From the NCBI GenBank assembly GCA_964016885.1, contig OZ024747.1:33108001-33172000 (forward strand): DNA of 64,000 nt, read 5' to 3'. The stretch is from Eledone cirrhosa (taxonomy: Eukaryota). The position numbers and the translations under genes are program-made. Below, piece after piece: positions 1-13,124 of this stretch; the stretch's first letter is position 1, and each line of letters starts with the position of its first letter. A model generated the notes under the pieces. It was not told the origin of the DNA, ran no database searches, and saw only the letters and a program-made list of their open reading frames with translations.

Positions 1-569
1 ATGTAATACAGCCAAAAGGGCACATAATGGGGAAAATACTTGGAAAGGAAGTTGACCCTGAAATGTGAATACAAATGAAATAAAACAAGTTTCGCGTAAA
101 TCAGAGCACGTGTTCCCGAGATATGGGGTTCTCTGGGTACCTTCATAAATAGATAGAGAGAAGGATAGAGAGAAAGAATAGTGGTTGTGAGAGAGTAGAT
201 TGAAAGAGAGACATAGAGAGAGGCAGGGTGACAGAAAAGGAGAATGGAAGAGAGAGCGAGAGAGCTGGTGGTGTTGTTGAATGAAATTATAACCAGTGAC
301 TTCAAAGAAACAAATTCAGCCTTTCTGTATCCTGCTAAATAGAAAGGGTTTCTAAGTATGTGTGTGTGCGTATGTGTGTGTGTGTGTGTCTATGACCGGT
401 CTATATAGGTCACAGACACCCGCATACACACTCACACACACACACACATATATATATATACATATGGGCTTCTAATTTCATTTTACATTATATACATGTC
501 TGTGTATATTTTAATTATTTTAAAATTATTTTTAAGCGAATATGACCCAACGAGTCATGGGTGGTCTAG
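1..569 (+). mobile_element. Possible 3' part of a non-autonomous Helitron-like element
   Basis: Internal GA- and GT/CA-microsatellites; ends with a short hairpin (ACCCA-acgagtca-TGGGT) followed by CTAG|T at 566-570, the usual Helitron 3' signature. The 5' end lies outside the window. Confidence 0.3.
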
Positions 570-685
570 TTCAAATTAAATGTGTGTCATTCCTAAAAAT
601 ATATTTTATATATGAAAGGGTACCAACAATTTTTAAGGGATTAGGGCTTCAAAAGGACTTAATCTAAACATATTCTCACTTTATT

Positions 686-870
686 TGGGTTGGCTGAAAT
701 GTTTACAGGCTGACTATGAAGGAATGATTTTAGAGCAGTGAAATCTTGCATGCATTAATGTCAACTCTTATTAATAACAGCATTTTTTTTTCCAGAGACT
801 ATGTTGGAAAATAAACCCCATTTGGTCATTCCATGAGAGAATCTTGTTCAGACTATGAAATTTTCAGCCA
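686..870 (+). mobile_element. Tc1/mariner-like non-autonomous repeat (MITE-like), copy 1
   Basis: Begins gggttggctgaaa...ggctgactatgaagg; homologous copies at ~2697-2885 (+) and ~8098-8290 (-). The superfamily call rests on terminal resemblance only. Confidence 0.5.
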
Positions 871-1897
871 ATCCTCGTATATCTGCATGAGACTGCCACC
901 TTGCATGAGGACTCTTTTAATTTTTATTCAGCTAAAGGTCTGGACTGAGCTAGATCATTAACCCATTATCTTCACCCTCATTCCAGTGGCTTACTGTTCA
1001 TTATAGAGTTGACATTCCAGAAGCCTAATTGCAAGTCCACAGAAATATCAGAATTAATGCATACTCCTATTAATGCCTGGTATGTCTCAGATATAGTGCT
1101 GTTCACCTCAATGTTTTGTGGTGGCATCTAAGGTGGGTATTCACAAGACACTACAGTGTCACAGCTGAGAGAGATGTTCCTCAAAACCTCAAAATTTGCA
1201 GCAAAACCTTGAGCACCAAAACACAAAAGATATAAGATGTATTGTGTTTATAACTCTAAATGGTACTGGTAAAAAGTTTATTTTTATTTGACCATCAAAA
1301 ACATCCATATAAATACACATGATATATGGAGAAATGAACACAGATTAATTAATTATTGTGGGTTTTCTCTGATCCCTTCAATTCTGTGCTGCATATTTAT
1401 GTCAACTGATTAGCATCTAGTTATCACCAGTAACTGTGGAAATAATGTTCATCGCTGCACTATATTACCCCTCTCACATATGCCACCCTTATGTGAGAGG
1501 GGATTCAGTTAGTGGCAATACTTGAAATTGAGTTGCAGCTACCATATGTATATACACATATATATGTATACACACACACACTTATATATATATATGAGTG
1601 TGAGTCTATACATACATATAATATATATAACTGAGTTTTGTAGCTTAGCAGATTGAAATGTTCAAAACAGTATTTTGCTGCTTTTAAAGTAGAAAAGATC
1701 AGATTAACTTTCAAACAAGTCAACTCCAAATGATCCTTTAAGTCTCTCCTAGGGATACTCCCTTAATAATGGATTTTTAAACCTGAAAATATTTGGGATC
1801 ATTAAATTTGCTAAGGTAAGATTCTCCTGTTATCTTAGCGATTTAATTTTCTTTCTAATACATTGTTTGGTTTTCAAAATTATTTAAATTTGTGTTT

Positions 1898-1939
<42 letters not shown>

Positions 1940-2696
1940 TGAAATTTCCAACAAATCATACTTAATTTATTAAGGAAGGCCAATATAGATAAAAATGTCT
2001 GGAAAAATGTTGGTAAAGACATGGATGAAATGCTTTGATCATAGGTTTGCTCTATCAGAGACGACTTGCAGCTGAAAAACACCAACAGCATATATAACAT
2101 ATGGCTTCAGATATAGAATGGAGATTGAAATGTTCAAAACAGTATTTTGCTGCTTTTAAAGTAGAAAAGATCAGATTAACTTTCAAAATTGTCACTTCAT
2201 TAGCCCAAATTATAACTAGTCTGACAAATTTAAGCATTCAAACAATAAATTCTGTATGTCAACGTTTGATGAAGAGACAATATGTCTACAGTTCTAGGGA
2301 GATCTATTTAAATTAAGCTGTATTCACTCTTCATGTAGCAACATATGTCTAAGCCACTTCAATGGTTGTGATTGCATTTAAAATTCTAGAGGACGTTAGT
2401 TGGTAGAATCGATAGAAAAATGAAAAAAACATTTTTTCTGGTGTTTAGTTACATCAAGTCTCGTTTTAATTACAAATCATTCTAGAGAAAGTCAACATTT
2501 GATTCTCATCCTTCTGAACTCAATAAAATATCACTCAAATATTGGAGTTGATCTAGTCAACTGAGCTGCTGTACTGGCAGCATTGTCAGAACATAAAACG
2601 AATTGTATGTGCTATTAACATGTGGCTGTTTTACATTCTGTGTTCAAATCCTGCTGAAGTCAGCTTTGCTTATCATACTTACAAATGATAAAAAAG

Positions 2697-2885
2697 AGGT
2701 TGGGCTGAAAAGTTCATAAGCTAACTATGAAGGGGTGATGATAGAGCTGTGAAATCTTGCATGCATTATTTACAATGTTTCTTATTAATAACTGCATTGT
2801 TTCTTTGCCTGGACTATGTTGAAAAATAAACCTCAATTGGTCATTCCTTGAGTGTGTCTTTCTCAGCCTATAAACTTCTTAGCCG
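2697..2885 (+). mobile_element. Tc1/mariner-like non-autonomous repeat, copy 2
   Basis: Aligns by eye with 686-870 (gtgaaatcttgcatgcatt...gactatgttg...ttggtcattcc). Confidence 0.5.
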
Positions 2886-3073
2886 CAGATCGTAGATATA
2901 TATATTTATTTATATTAAGATTTAGCTTCAACATAGCTGTATACATATATGTATGTGAATTTTCTATATATATACAGTATGTTTAATAAATAATCATTTT
3001 GAAAGCCCAGCTATGAATAAAGGCTGACAGCCAGCACCATCTAGTGGATTCCAGCAGAAGCAGCGAGAGACAA

Positions 3074-3115
3074 CTGTCTATGCACATTTCAAGCTAATGG
3101 CTCTCATCAGCACAG
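3074..3115 (-). ncRNA. Minimal type I hammerhead ribozyme motif in a TA-flanked pLTR-like unit (~2950-3240)
   Basis: Minus strand reads ctgtg CTGATGA GAGC-catta-GCTT GAA ATG-tg-CAT A^gacag: both cores, 4-bp stem II, near-palindromic stem III, stem I CTGT/ACAG with one mismatch next to the core. Confidence 0.7.
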
Positions 3116-3265
3116 GGCTTCCCTGCTGCTTTCAGCTGGACTTGAAAACAGACGAGAATATATAATATTCTCACCTGTGTAGGTGGGCTGATTGCATAGA
3201 AGAGAAGAAATTAGTAAAGAAAGGAATGAGAGTGTCATGTAGTTTGCTTAAAATATTGTCTAAAG

Positions 3266-3441
3266 CAGCATTTCTCAACTTTTATACCCATGAAGAACCC
3301 TTGAAATAATGTTCATGCCTCAGAGGACTACTGCATAAAAACTATTATATACTTAGTTTATTTATCACTGTTTTTTGCAGAACCCCCAGCAACCTTTTGA
3401 TGAACACTAGGGTTCCAGAGAACATGGGTTGATAAATGTTG
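3266..3441. mobile_element. hAT (Charlie-type) MITE
   Basis: TIRs CAGCATTTCTCAAC / GTTGATAAATGTTG flanked by a near-identical 8-bp TSD (GTCTAAAG / GCCTAAAG). Confidence 0.75.
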
Positions 3442-4089
3442 GCCTAAAGTGTAGAAAATAATGTGTTTTATTAGAGGACAAGACAAATGTGACAAGTAAA
3501 GTAAAAATAATTGTTTCTACTTTAGGCACAAGGCCAGCAATTACCCAGTGCATTACTGGTACTTTATTTTAAATGATCAATATATTTGTTATTATTTTTA
3601 ACATTTAATGTCTTTTTGTATCACAAACATTACAAATAGTTCACATTTCTTTCAGAATGAAAATATAAACACAAATATAAACACATATAATAAATACAAT
3701 TAACTATTGCTAGGAACCTTACAAATACAAAGCATCAAAATATATGATCAAAGCGAGAGAAAGAAAAAAAAGGGAAACAAAATAAGAAACAACCATCAAT
3801 TCCCTGCCAAGTGCAACCAGCAATCACACACCACAAGGGTCAAGGGAAATTTTTGAGGCAAGACAAAGCCAATACGCTTGCAGCATTACTACGGGTGATG
3901 GTAAGGCTAAGGTGCTGAAACAACCAGGCACTTTCACAGGTATCAACTGACACCTCAGTAAAGTGAGCCACCAACGATGACAACAACTACTCTGTCAGCA
4001 GCTTAGCTCAGCCAAATATCTTAAACACCAAAGGGAAAAAACAATGTTTCATTTACATTGCTGTAGCCTTTTAATAAAATATATTGTTG

Positions 4090-4270
4090 AAATAGAAATA
4101 GAAGGCTTTGCCATAACATTTAACTAAATAAAACAGTCTAATAACCCACTGAATGGAAACAAATATGTGTTGTAACCCATCTTTTCTGATTCAGTGGGTT
4201 TATACATCCTACTGTTAGTCTATTTTTATTTAGTCAAATGTTACAGTGAAGCCTTCTGTTCTGTTTCTAT
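4090..4270. repeat. Short imperfect inverted repeat (MITE-like)
   Basis: agaaggctt...taacatttaactaaataaaa...aacccactgaat versus attcagtgggtt...ttttatttagtcaaatgtta...aagccttct. Confidence 0.5.
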
Positions 4271-5099
4271 TTCAAGTTTCAAACTTCATTCGCTGCTTTC
4301 TAAACTTCCTAAAATATATTATTTTCTGATGAAAAGAAAGTTTCAAGGAGGCAATAGAATAAGTATCACCTGATGTTGAATTAAATATTTAAAAGAATCA
4401 CTTACCTAAAAACAATTTGAAATATAATATATAAGAACACATATCGTGCTCATCTTCCTTCCTCCATGTAGTTATAATTATCATTGTCATTTTTATATAA
4501 TATTTTGTACTCATTATCATTGCTATCATTGTCAGAATTCTCCTCCATTAGGTTAATGATTATTTTTCTGTAATCTGTAATAAAGAATAAATATTAAATT
4601 GATTGAGTAATGTCACACTGAACATTATATAATCTGTAATGTATAGTAGAGCATATCTAATGATAGACCATACAACATTTAGCCATCACTTTGTTGGTTA
4701 AACTAATATACATGTACATTAGATAAGGAAGGAATAGATAACAAAATACATTTGTCCATGTGTATTAGATTACAAATCACAGTGATGACTAAAATTATAT
4801 ATATTATTGTTAATATCTATATATATATATATATACCTTGTATTGTTTATATCTTTGTTATACATTTTCAGTTATTCAATTACCCCATGCATTGGTATGA
4901 TAAATAAATTGGTTGATCAATGTTGGATCAACACAACATATTTTCAATAAAAATATGGGAACTGTAGCAAAAAATCTAGGTAAACCGATGAGACAATCCC
5001 TTAACCTGCTACAAATAGCTATTAATTCCACATACTGCAACTATACTATCAATCATACCCTATCATCAAAAGGAAGAGTCTTCGGTATATTATCATCAT

Positions 5100-5560
5100 G
5101 TTCCTGCAATTGGTGCAACTACTTGTTGGGGTGTCACTCTAGATGCCTTTGCAGTCAGTCATGAATAGAAAAGTCATGATGTTGTGACTTTGATGTTGTT
5201 GGACCAGGATTTTCTTTGTCTGCCTTTTCTTCACCCTCTTCAACTGTGCTTTGAAAGTTTGTTTTAGACAAGGACTTGTGGTGGTATACATGACCACACC
5301 AGACAAGCTTCCATCTTTTTAACATTGCAAGGAGGAGATTTCGTCTGCCAGCCTATTTGTTAAATCGATGCCCAGCGAAGTTATTTGATTTATGCTATGT
5401 GTATGAGATGTGAAGCAACCTACTGAAGCACTTCTGCTTGAATGAGGGGGTGCTTTTGGCTGGAACATATTTGGAAGTTGATTGACCAGATCCCAGACAT
5501 TATTTGCTTACTGAGTGGAGTGGACCTTGTCAAATCCGACCAAGGAAAAATTTCCATTAG
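5100..5560 (-). mobile_element. Old RTE-class LINE 3' relic
   Basis: Minus strand translates (with a frameshift) to CGHV..HKSLSKT.FQSTVEEG / RKGRQRKSWSNNIK, the typical RTE/BovB-like C-terminus, followed by a (GAT)n-like tail. Confidence 0.6.
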
Positions 5561-6001
5561 TCTTTCCATTGTTGATAATATCTACTGGTTGCAACTCCTG
5601 GCAGAGAGAGCAACATAAAATAAAGTGTCTTGCTCAAGAAGATGATGCTTCACTAATCTGGAAATTGAACTTGCAACCTCACAATTGACAATCCAATTCT
5701 CTAACCACTAAGTCATAGATCTACTCAATCAAAGATGATGTGGAATTAAACAGTAGGAACAGAATCAGCATTTATGTAACTATGACTAAAATGTCCACTG
5801 ATCATTGTCCTGCCACAACAAAATCAAACTTTTGTGTAATCAATGAATCTGCTAAAATTAGAAGCCAATTCTTATAACAAAAATACTGTATCATGTTTAA
5901 ATAAAATATATGGTGGAGGCATATGGCCTAGTGGTAAGGCTGTTGGACAGAAAAAGAAGAACCAGTTGAACTAGATTTAATAATTGCTTTATAAGCAGTG
6001 T

Positions 6002-6150
6002 GTGGAGGTACATGGCCTTGTGGTAAGGGTGTTGGACTTATGATCATAATGTCATGGGTTTGATTCCTGGATTGGGTTGTGTGTTGTGTTCTTGAGCAAA
6101 ACACTTCAATACATGTTGCTCGAGTATACTCAACTGAAAATGAGTACTAA
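6002..6150 (+). mobile_element. tRNA-derived SINE family 2 (degenerate)
   Basis: Head ggaggtacatggccttgtggtaa, B-box-like ggtttgattcc, core cttgagcaaaacactt. Related pieces at ~5590-5720 (-) and 5913-5950 (+). Confidence 0.65.
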
Positions 6151-6531
6151 CAATTATTGGGTAGAGAGGGACTTCAAAGAATGTGTTTATCCATGATTGT
6201 TCTATTTAGCTATCTCATCAGTGTGTTCTTATGTTTGAAGTAAGTTCTTGTCAAAATATCTCATTCCAAGTTAATGTAGCCCACACATACACATCTTCCC
6301 CCATTCAACTGATAGACTAATGTTCCCACAATAGAGATTTATTTTTATGCTAATTTAATTCAGATAGCTTTTCTCTTTATATCTCTCTTTCACCATTAAT
6401 CTAACACTCACGCATACACACTCACATATTCCCACAGAAAATACACACACACACACACACACACGCACACACAATGATTGTCTCTGCTTCTCTCTTTCCA
6501 TTTCCCTCTTTCACCATTTATTTCACACACA

Positions 6532-7333
6532 CCTTTATGTGAATAGACACACAATCAAGCACACACACACACAACTTTATGTGAATAAACATAATAAAAC
6601 ACACAAACACACACACCTTTATGTGCTTAAACACATAATCAAACAGACACACACACCTTTATGTGCTTAAACACATAATCAAACACTCACACACACCTTT
6701 ATGTGCATAAACACATAATCAAACACATACACACACACCTTTATGTGCATAAACACATAATCAAACACACACACCTTTATGTGCATAAACACATAATCAA
6801 ACACACACACACACACCTTTATGTGCATAAACACATAATCAAACACACACACACACCTTTATGTGCATAAACACATAATCAAACACACACACACACACAC
6901 ACCTTTATGTGCATAAACACATAATCAAACACACACACACACACCTTTATGTGCATAAACACATAATCAAACACACACACACACACACCTTTATGTGCAT
7001 AAACACATAATCAAACACACACACACACACCTTTATGTACATAAACACATAATCAAACAGACACACACACCTTTATGTGCATAAACACATAATCAAACAC
7101 ACCTTTATGTGCAAAAACACATAATCAAACACACACACACACACACCTTTATGTACATAAACACATAATCAAACACACACACACACCTTTATGTACATAA
7201 ACACATAATCAAACACACATACACACCTTTATGTGCATAAACACATAATCAAACACACACACACACCTTTATGTACATAAACACATAATCAAACACACAC
7301 ACACACACACCTTTATGTGCATAAACACATAAT

Positions 7334-7370
<37 letters not shown>
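6532..7370. repeat. Compound minisatellite: CCTTTATGTGCATAAACACATAATCAAA + variable (CA)n
   Basis: About 20 tandem units with a conserved ~28-bp part and a variable-length CA spacer. Confidence 0.95.
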
Positions 7371-7372
<2 letters not shown>

Positions 7373-8097
7373 TCACAGACAAAAATATTCATACATTCAT
7401 GGCACCCACAATCATTTTTATCCTGTTTATTTTCTATCTTTCTATTCACATGTCATTCTCTCTCTTTCTCTCTCTCTGATATCTATTTTACTCTCTCTTC
7501 AATTAGTCCCCCTCTCACTTAACTCAACCTTTACCATGTCTATCACTCACCTAACTCTGTCATTTTCTATTGATCTATTCAAACATCTCTCTCTCACACA
7601 CACATATATATTCTTTCTCTCTTTCTCTTGCTATGATATCTATTTCATTCTCACTTCAGTTGGTCCTACTCTCACTTCAGTTGTTTTCACTCTCACTTAA
7701 CCCTACATTTACCATGTCTACCACTCACCTAACTCCACCATTTCCAGTCTTTTATTCCCATATCATACCTGACTTGGCTGGAGTCTTCTATTCATAGATA
7801 CCACAGTTTACTATTGCAATATTTGCCAAATTGGCAAAGACTAAGCAAGATAAAACACACTTTCATATGTAATTCTTCCAAACTAAATAACTTCACTTAT
7901 ATCCAAAGAATGCTAAGAATGGAAATCTATAGAAAAGAATTTTGTTGTTTGTTATTTTAATAAATGGCATTAAAGAGGGAATCTGTTGAAATGGAAGTGA
8001 CACAAAAGTTAATTAAAGCTAAAAGAAAAGTAAAAATATGAGAAACAAAGAAAAAATAAAATTTAGGATTTATTATTATTATAGATTACAAGAGTCG

Positions 8098-8290
8098 AAT
8101 GTAAAGCTTATAAGCTGACCAAGATACTCTCATGGAATGACCAAATGAGTTTTATTATTTAACATAATCCCTAGAAAGAAACAAATCAATTATTAATAAT
8201 AAGAGTTGAAATTAATGTATGCAAGATTTCCCAGCTCTACTAACATCACTATTTCATATTCAGTCTATGAACATTTCAGTCTACCCTTGT
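8098..8290 (-). mobile_element. Tc1/mariner-like non-autonomous repeat, copy 3
   Basis: Reverse complement of 686-870 (ctctcatggaatgaccaaatg...tgtatgcaagatttc...agctcta). Confidence 0.5.
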
Positions 8291-8299
8291 ATAATAAAG

Positions 8300-8430
8300 C
8301 TGGTGGAGTGGCAGAATTGTTTGAGCATTTAAGAAAATGCCCTTTGGGTTCTGAGTTCAAATCAAGCCAAAGTCAACTTTGGCTTTCATCCTTACTGGGA
8401 CAATAAAATAAAGTACCAGTAAAGTACTGG
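8300..8430 (+). mobile_element. tRNA-derived SINE family 1 (degenerate)
   Basis: tggcagaattg A-box-like, gagttcaaatc B-box, conserved gctttcatcctt...aataaaataaagtaccag domain. Confidence 0.7.
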
Positions 8431-9109
8431 AGTTGATATAATTAATTTTCCTACTCCTCACAAATTGCTAGAAGAAAAGGGTGACATTAGTCCTTTAAAA
8501 CACATGGCATGATGAGGCTGTTTGCTTGTAAACGAATCAAAGATTACTGATATTATTATATTATTATCAATCACACTAAAATGCATTTACATATCTGCCA
8601 TGTAAGAGCGAAAACAATTTTGTCCGTAGACATATATACAGTATATATAGTTTTGTATGGTTGCAAATAGATGCGTCCGTAGATGGTATGCTGTTTGAGC
8701 ACTCAATACTCGCGCAGAGCAGAGAATATTATTATAGATAACAAGGAATCAGTGATGCAACAAAACACAATTTATTAACATATTACATGTGTTTCTCCGA
8801 CGATCAGCTCAAGGCAGGATCTGTTACAAATCAAACCTGACTCTGCATTTGCAAGTTCCTCAGATATATTTTGCATTTTCAAAGCATTCCATCCGTTCCA
8901 GTGGCTGCAGTTAACATCATCCTGTTAATACTGCCTTTTCATTGGTTCAGTAGTTCATGTACTATCCCTTGACCACTCAAATTCATCTATTGGCTGCAGT
9001 CATTCATCTGCAACTTGTCAATCACCTAAAGCTGGTCACCAAATTACAACCATGTCAGCACAGACATATAAATATATCTACCACTGCACATGTCTACACA
9101 TACACAAAT

Positions 9110-9142
<33 letters not shown>

Positions 9143-9521
9143 GACACACACATATATATATATATATACACATACATACACACATACGTGCACACACATG
9201 TATATACACACATATATACATACACATACATATATATATATATACATACATATACACACACCCCACTTATATCTACGCGCACATACGTACACTCATATAT
9301 TAATACACATACATACAAATATATATATATACATACATATATACATGTATATAGATATACATACATAGTCACTCGCACATATACATATATATATATACAC
9401 ACGCATATAGACACACATACATATACACGCACGTATATGTAGGTATATATATACACACATTTACTCATTCACACACACACATATATACACATATATAAAC
9501 ATATATATAAATATATATATA

Positions 9522-9889
9522 TGGAGGCACATGGCTTAGTGGTTAGAGCAATGGAGGCACATGGCTGAGTGGTTAGAGCATTGGCCTTGCAATCAAAAGG
9601 TTGTGAGTTCAATTCTCAGACCGGGTGATGTGTTGTTTCCTTGAGCAAGACACTTTATTTCACATTGCTCCAGTTTACTCAGCTGTAGAAATGAGATGAT
9701 AGGGACTGAGGTCCATATCATTAAACTGCAAAGTGGTCGTGGAGGTGCCACGTAAAAAAAGCACCCGGCACTCACTGTAAATGAGGTTGGTGTTAGGAAG
9801 GGCATCCAGCTGTAGAAATCAAGCCATAATCAGTTCCCGTCCAACCCTTGCAAGCAGGTAAAAGCGGACGTAAAATGATGATGATGATG
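9522..9889 (+). mobile_element. tRNA-derived SINE family 2 with RTE-derived 3' tail; head duplicated
   Basis: tggaggcacatggcttagtggttagagca occurs twice, then gagttcaattc B-box, ccttgagcaagacactt core, and the same 3' end as local RTE copies (ttaggaagggcatccagctgtagaaa...cggacgtaaaa(tga)n). Confidence 0.85.
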
Positions 9890-10014
9890 TATATATATAT
9901 ATATATATATGAATACATGTATACACACACACATACATACACATACATCCACATGCACATATACATACATATATATCTACACACATACACACACACGTAC
10001 ATACACATACACAT

Positions 10015-10385
10015 TCTACCGTCTCTTTGAGTATAAGTTGGGTGTCGTAAACATTCAAATCATAGGGTGAGAATTGAGTAGAGTGAGATAAAGTAAAATA
10101 AAAAATACAATAAAACAAAATTGAATACAGTAAGGAAAAATAAGATACGGTATATGCAATGATGTGATAACACATTCTAAATAAAATACAATATATTCAA
10201 TGGTATAATGTCACATTCTATATATTTGTGTCGGTCCCCTTGATCGGGTCCGTACTTCCATGGGGCTCGAGTTAAACTATCCGGGAATTCGAATGCAGAA
10301 AATGGGCACCTTGAATTTCAGGTTGACTGCATTACCCTTTAATCTTACTATCTCCATCGCTTCAGTCAGGCACAGTCTGCATCGC

Positions 10386-10390
<5 letters not shown>
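10015..10390 (-). mobile_element. Penelope-like element, short 3' fragment
   Basis: Minus strand from 10388 reads RRCRLCLTEAMEIVRLKGNAVN, homologous to the CxLCLxE GIY-YIG C-terminus of the PLEs at 11587 and 25020. Confidence 0.55.
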
Positions 10391-10424
<34 letters not shown>

Positions 10425-10465
10425 CGAAACATAAGTCAATTGCATGAACTCATAATCCTTTATTT

Positions 10466-10521
10466 ACTGCTATATATATTTCGATGATACCCATTGAATG
10501 GCTATGACCTCATCAGGCAGT
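10466..10521 (-). ncRNA. Type I hammerhead ribozyme at the 3' end of the PLE
   Basis: ACTGC CTGATGA ggtcatagccat-tca-atgggtatcatc GAA ATATATAT A^GCAGT: perfect 5-bp stem I, extended imperfect stem II, palindromic stem III, AUA triplet. Confidence 0.85.
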
Positions 10522-11586
10522 TAGTCAGTTCTTAGATATGCCAGCTCTGTGTTTATAGTGTTGATGGTATCAGAGCCTCGGAACATATGTGCTTGTTAGG
10601 AATACTTTAATGTTGTCAGCAGGAATAGTCTTGATTCTCATTGGTCAGTTTGTAGATGGTAGTAGGGTTGGTATTTGACCTCAAAGAGGCAGGTGGTTCT
10701 GTAAAGTTCAAACCATCAGGCAAGATGACAATAGTTCCATATGACTGATTTTCACAAAAGGCATTCCTGGTCAGATATATATTCAAATAAGGTTAATAGT
10801 ATGAAATAGATACTACAGGTCATTCTTAAATTAAGGAATTTATGTGGAGTGGTGCTACTGAAAATTATGGTTGGAGTAGAAAATTTACAAATAAAAAGAC
10901 TTATGTAGGTTGGCTTGCACTACACTCACACCCACCTCCACAGACACACACACACATCCACACATACAAAATGTGGGGTGGTAATACTTAATATAATGGT
11001 TTGAGTCCAATACTTAGATAGTTTAGAAAATTTTGAAATAAAAGGTTTATGCTGGTTCACTTGTACATACACTCACACCTACCCCCTCAGACACTCACAC
11101 ATCTACACACACAAATCCATACAGGTGTGTATATATATATATATGTATGCATGGATGTACGCACAAGCATATATATATATATATACACAGAACATACATA
11201 TATATAAAATATTTACATACAAAAATATAAAAAATATATATATACATAAAATACACACACACAAAATATATACACATATAACATACATACATATATACAT
11301 AAAATACACATATATATAAAATATATACATACATATACATACATATATATAAAATACACATATAACACATAAAATACATATATATATACACATGATATAC
11401 ACATACATATATATATAAAATCAGGTTCAATAAAACGTTGTTTAGATGACTACTAACCAGTAGATGATCCGGTGTACCATCCACCATAGGGACCACAAAC
11501 TATGGGTGGTTGTTGTTGTCCATTGGTCATTGGTACGGGATGTAGGGGACCTACAGGGGGGCGTTGTGGGAGACCGTAACCAGGGT

Positions 11587-12003
11587 TTATCCATATAGCT
11601 TGAGGAAAGTTCCCGTCCTTAGGTGTCTGCAGGCACTGAATAAGTCGGCCCTTCTGTTTAATAGCTTGGTTCCGCCATGAAGAATTTCGAGTGTCTCACT
11701 AAGACAGAGGCTGCAAATACCAGACCCGCCTCTGTCTGGGGGAACCTTTCTAACCACGGACCAGACCAGAGAGTGCGGGGTCTTTTCAAGTTTGAGCTTC
11801 CAGATCAATTCAGAAAGGGCCGTACATTTCCTCTTATCTATTCTGTTAAAGGAATGGCGATGGTTATACCACCGATCTTTGAAGCTTGTTGCTGTGGATC
11901 CTATGTAGTGGTGCTCCGAGGTAGGGGTTGTGAACCTGCACCTGTAGACCAAGTTTTTCGACATGCTTTCATTACTAAGGGGCATAGTGATGGGTCTCTG
12001 CAA
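11587..12003 (-). pseudogene. GIY-YIG endonuclease domain of a PLE polyprotein (fragment)
   Basis: LVYRC-x-HYIGSTATSFKDRWYNH motif and C-terminal CSLC/CRH; separated from upstream RT pieces by frameshifts and stops. Confidence 0.85.
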
Positions 12004-13124
12004 TTACATCACTTCTTAAGCCCCACCACATGTACCGCGTGGTTACCATCACTCGGGGTTGGCTGGGTAGCCTCCCCAATCAGCACCAGGTCGTTGGGTT
12101 CCGGTGTGCTAGTTGGGCTTGTCCGGGTTCCGATACGTGGCGCGTGCTGGTTTGTTGGGTGGCTCCGGGGTTAACGGTGGTATTAGAGGCAGTGAGCCTA
12201 TTCCTATTTATGCCAGCTATGTGCTGGGCTACGGAGCGTGTGGTTGAGTAGGAAAGTTTCACCGTGTGCCTGTTGAATATTTTATGGTCCTTATGGGCCC
12301 TAGGGAAACATTTATCCAGTACTCTAAAGAATGTTCTAGCCAGGCTGGTACGTAGACCCACCGAGTACGGAGGGTTATACCATGTGACCTTCCTGGTCCT
12401 ATTCTTGCGGGGTTGTTGGGTGTCCGCCGTGGGCCATCGCATGGTTGTGCACAGCTCAGGTCGAGCTCGGTTGGTGTCACTCGGGTGTGCGGAACGGTCA
12501 CTATCATGAGGGTTATATAGGCCCACCGTGGGGCTATAAAACTGCAGGGTGCGGCCCCCCTGCTCAATTAGGATTCGGCGGGTGGTGGGGCCGGTGCAGG
12601 GGTTCCTATGCTCTGCAGCACAGTGCTCTTCAGCGTTGTAGGTATTATACCGGTGGGGTATGCGGGTCCTTCTACCGGGGGTGGTGATGGATAGGGGTCT
12701 GGGAGTGTTATTACTGGTCACTGAGGTATTAGGTGGGCGACTCAGGCCCCTGAGGGTATTGGTCCGGGGTACCCTTGGGTCTTCTCAATCATGTCCCTTG
12801 GGGTTATAACTGATCCTATGGCTGTGGGACGCCTTATCTAGAGCTGAGTTATAGTAATCAGCGTTACTATTGAAGATCTCCTTATTGGCCGACAAGTTAG
12901 AGATCCTGTCAGAGACACTCTTAACTACGGCCTTAATTATAGATCTAGGGTGATTAGACTCAGCATTGATATACACCAGCTTCTCATTGGATTTATGATA
13001 TGGGTGGTGTAGCTTGGTGTTGAGGTTGAGGGTGGTGTCCAGGAAATTCACTACTTTTCTATTGGGTTACATCTTTACCTTTAGTCCTACCTTGCTAAAG
13101 AAGTGCCTAATTCTCTCTCTATAT

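Larger units (their letters stand above)
10440..13110 (-). mobile_element. Penelope-like retroelement (group A), 5'-truncated, decayed
   Basis: RT C-terminal part (NFLDTTLNL...YINAESNHP), linker (VTWYNPPYS...IFNRHTVKLSYS), GIY-YIG endonuclease (LVYRC...HYIGST...CSLCLSE...ACRH), long 3' UTR ending in an HHR. Confidence 0.9.

Noticed and set aside
6170-6230. CTGATGA on the minus strand (also 4326 and 34716 on the plus strand)
   Set aside because: No correctly placed GAAA with flanking stems; expected chance matches.
6532-7370. CRISPR-like repeat-spacer array
   Set aside because: Spacers are (CA)n rather than unique sequence; eukaryotic context; no cas genes.
10016-10080. Possible HHR remnant at the end of the small PLE fragment
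   Set aside because: Stem-like pairings exist, but both cores are too altered to call.
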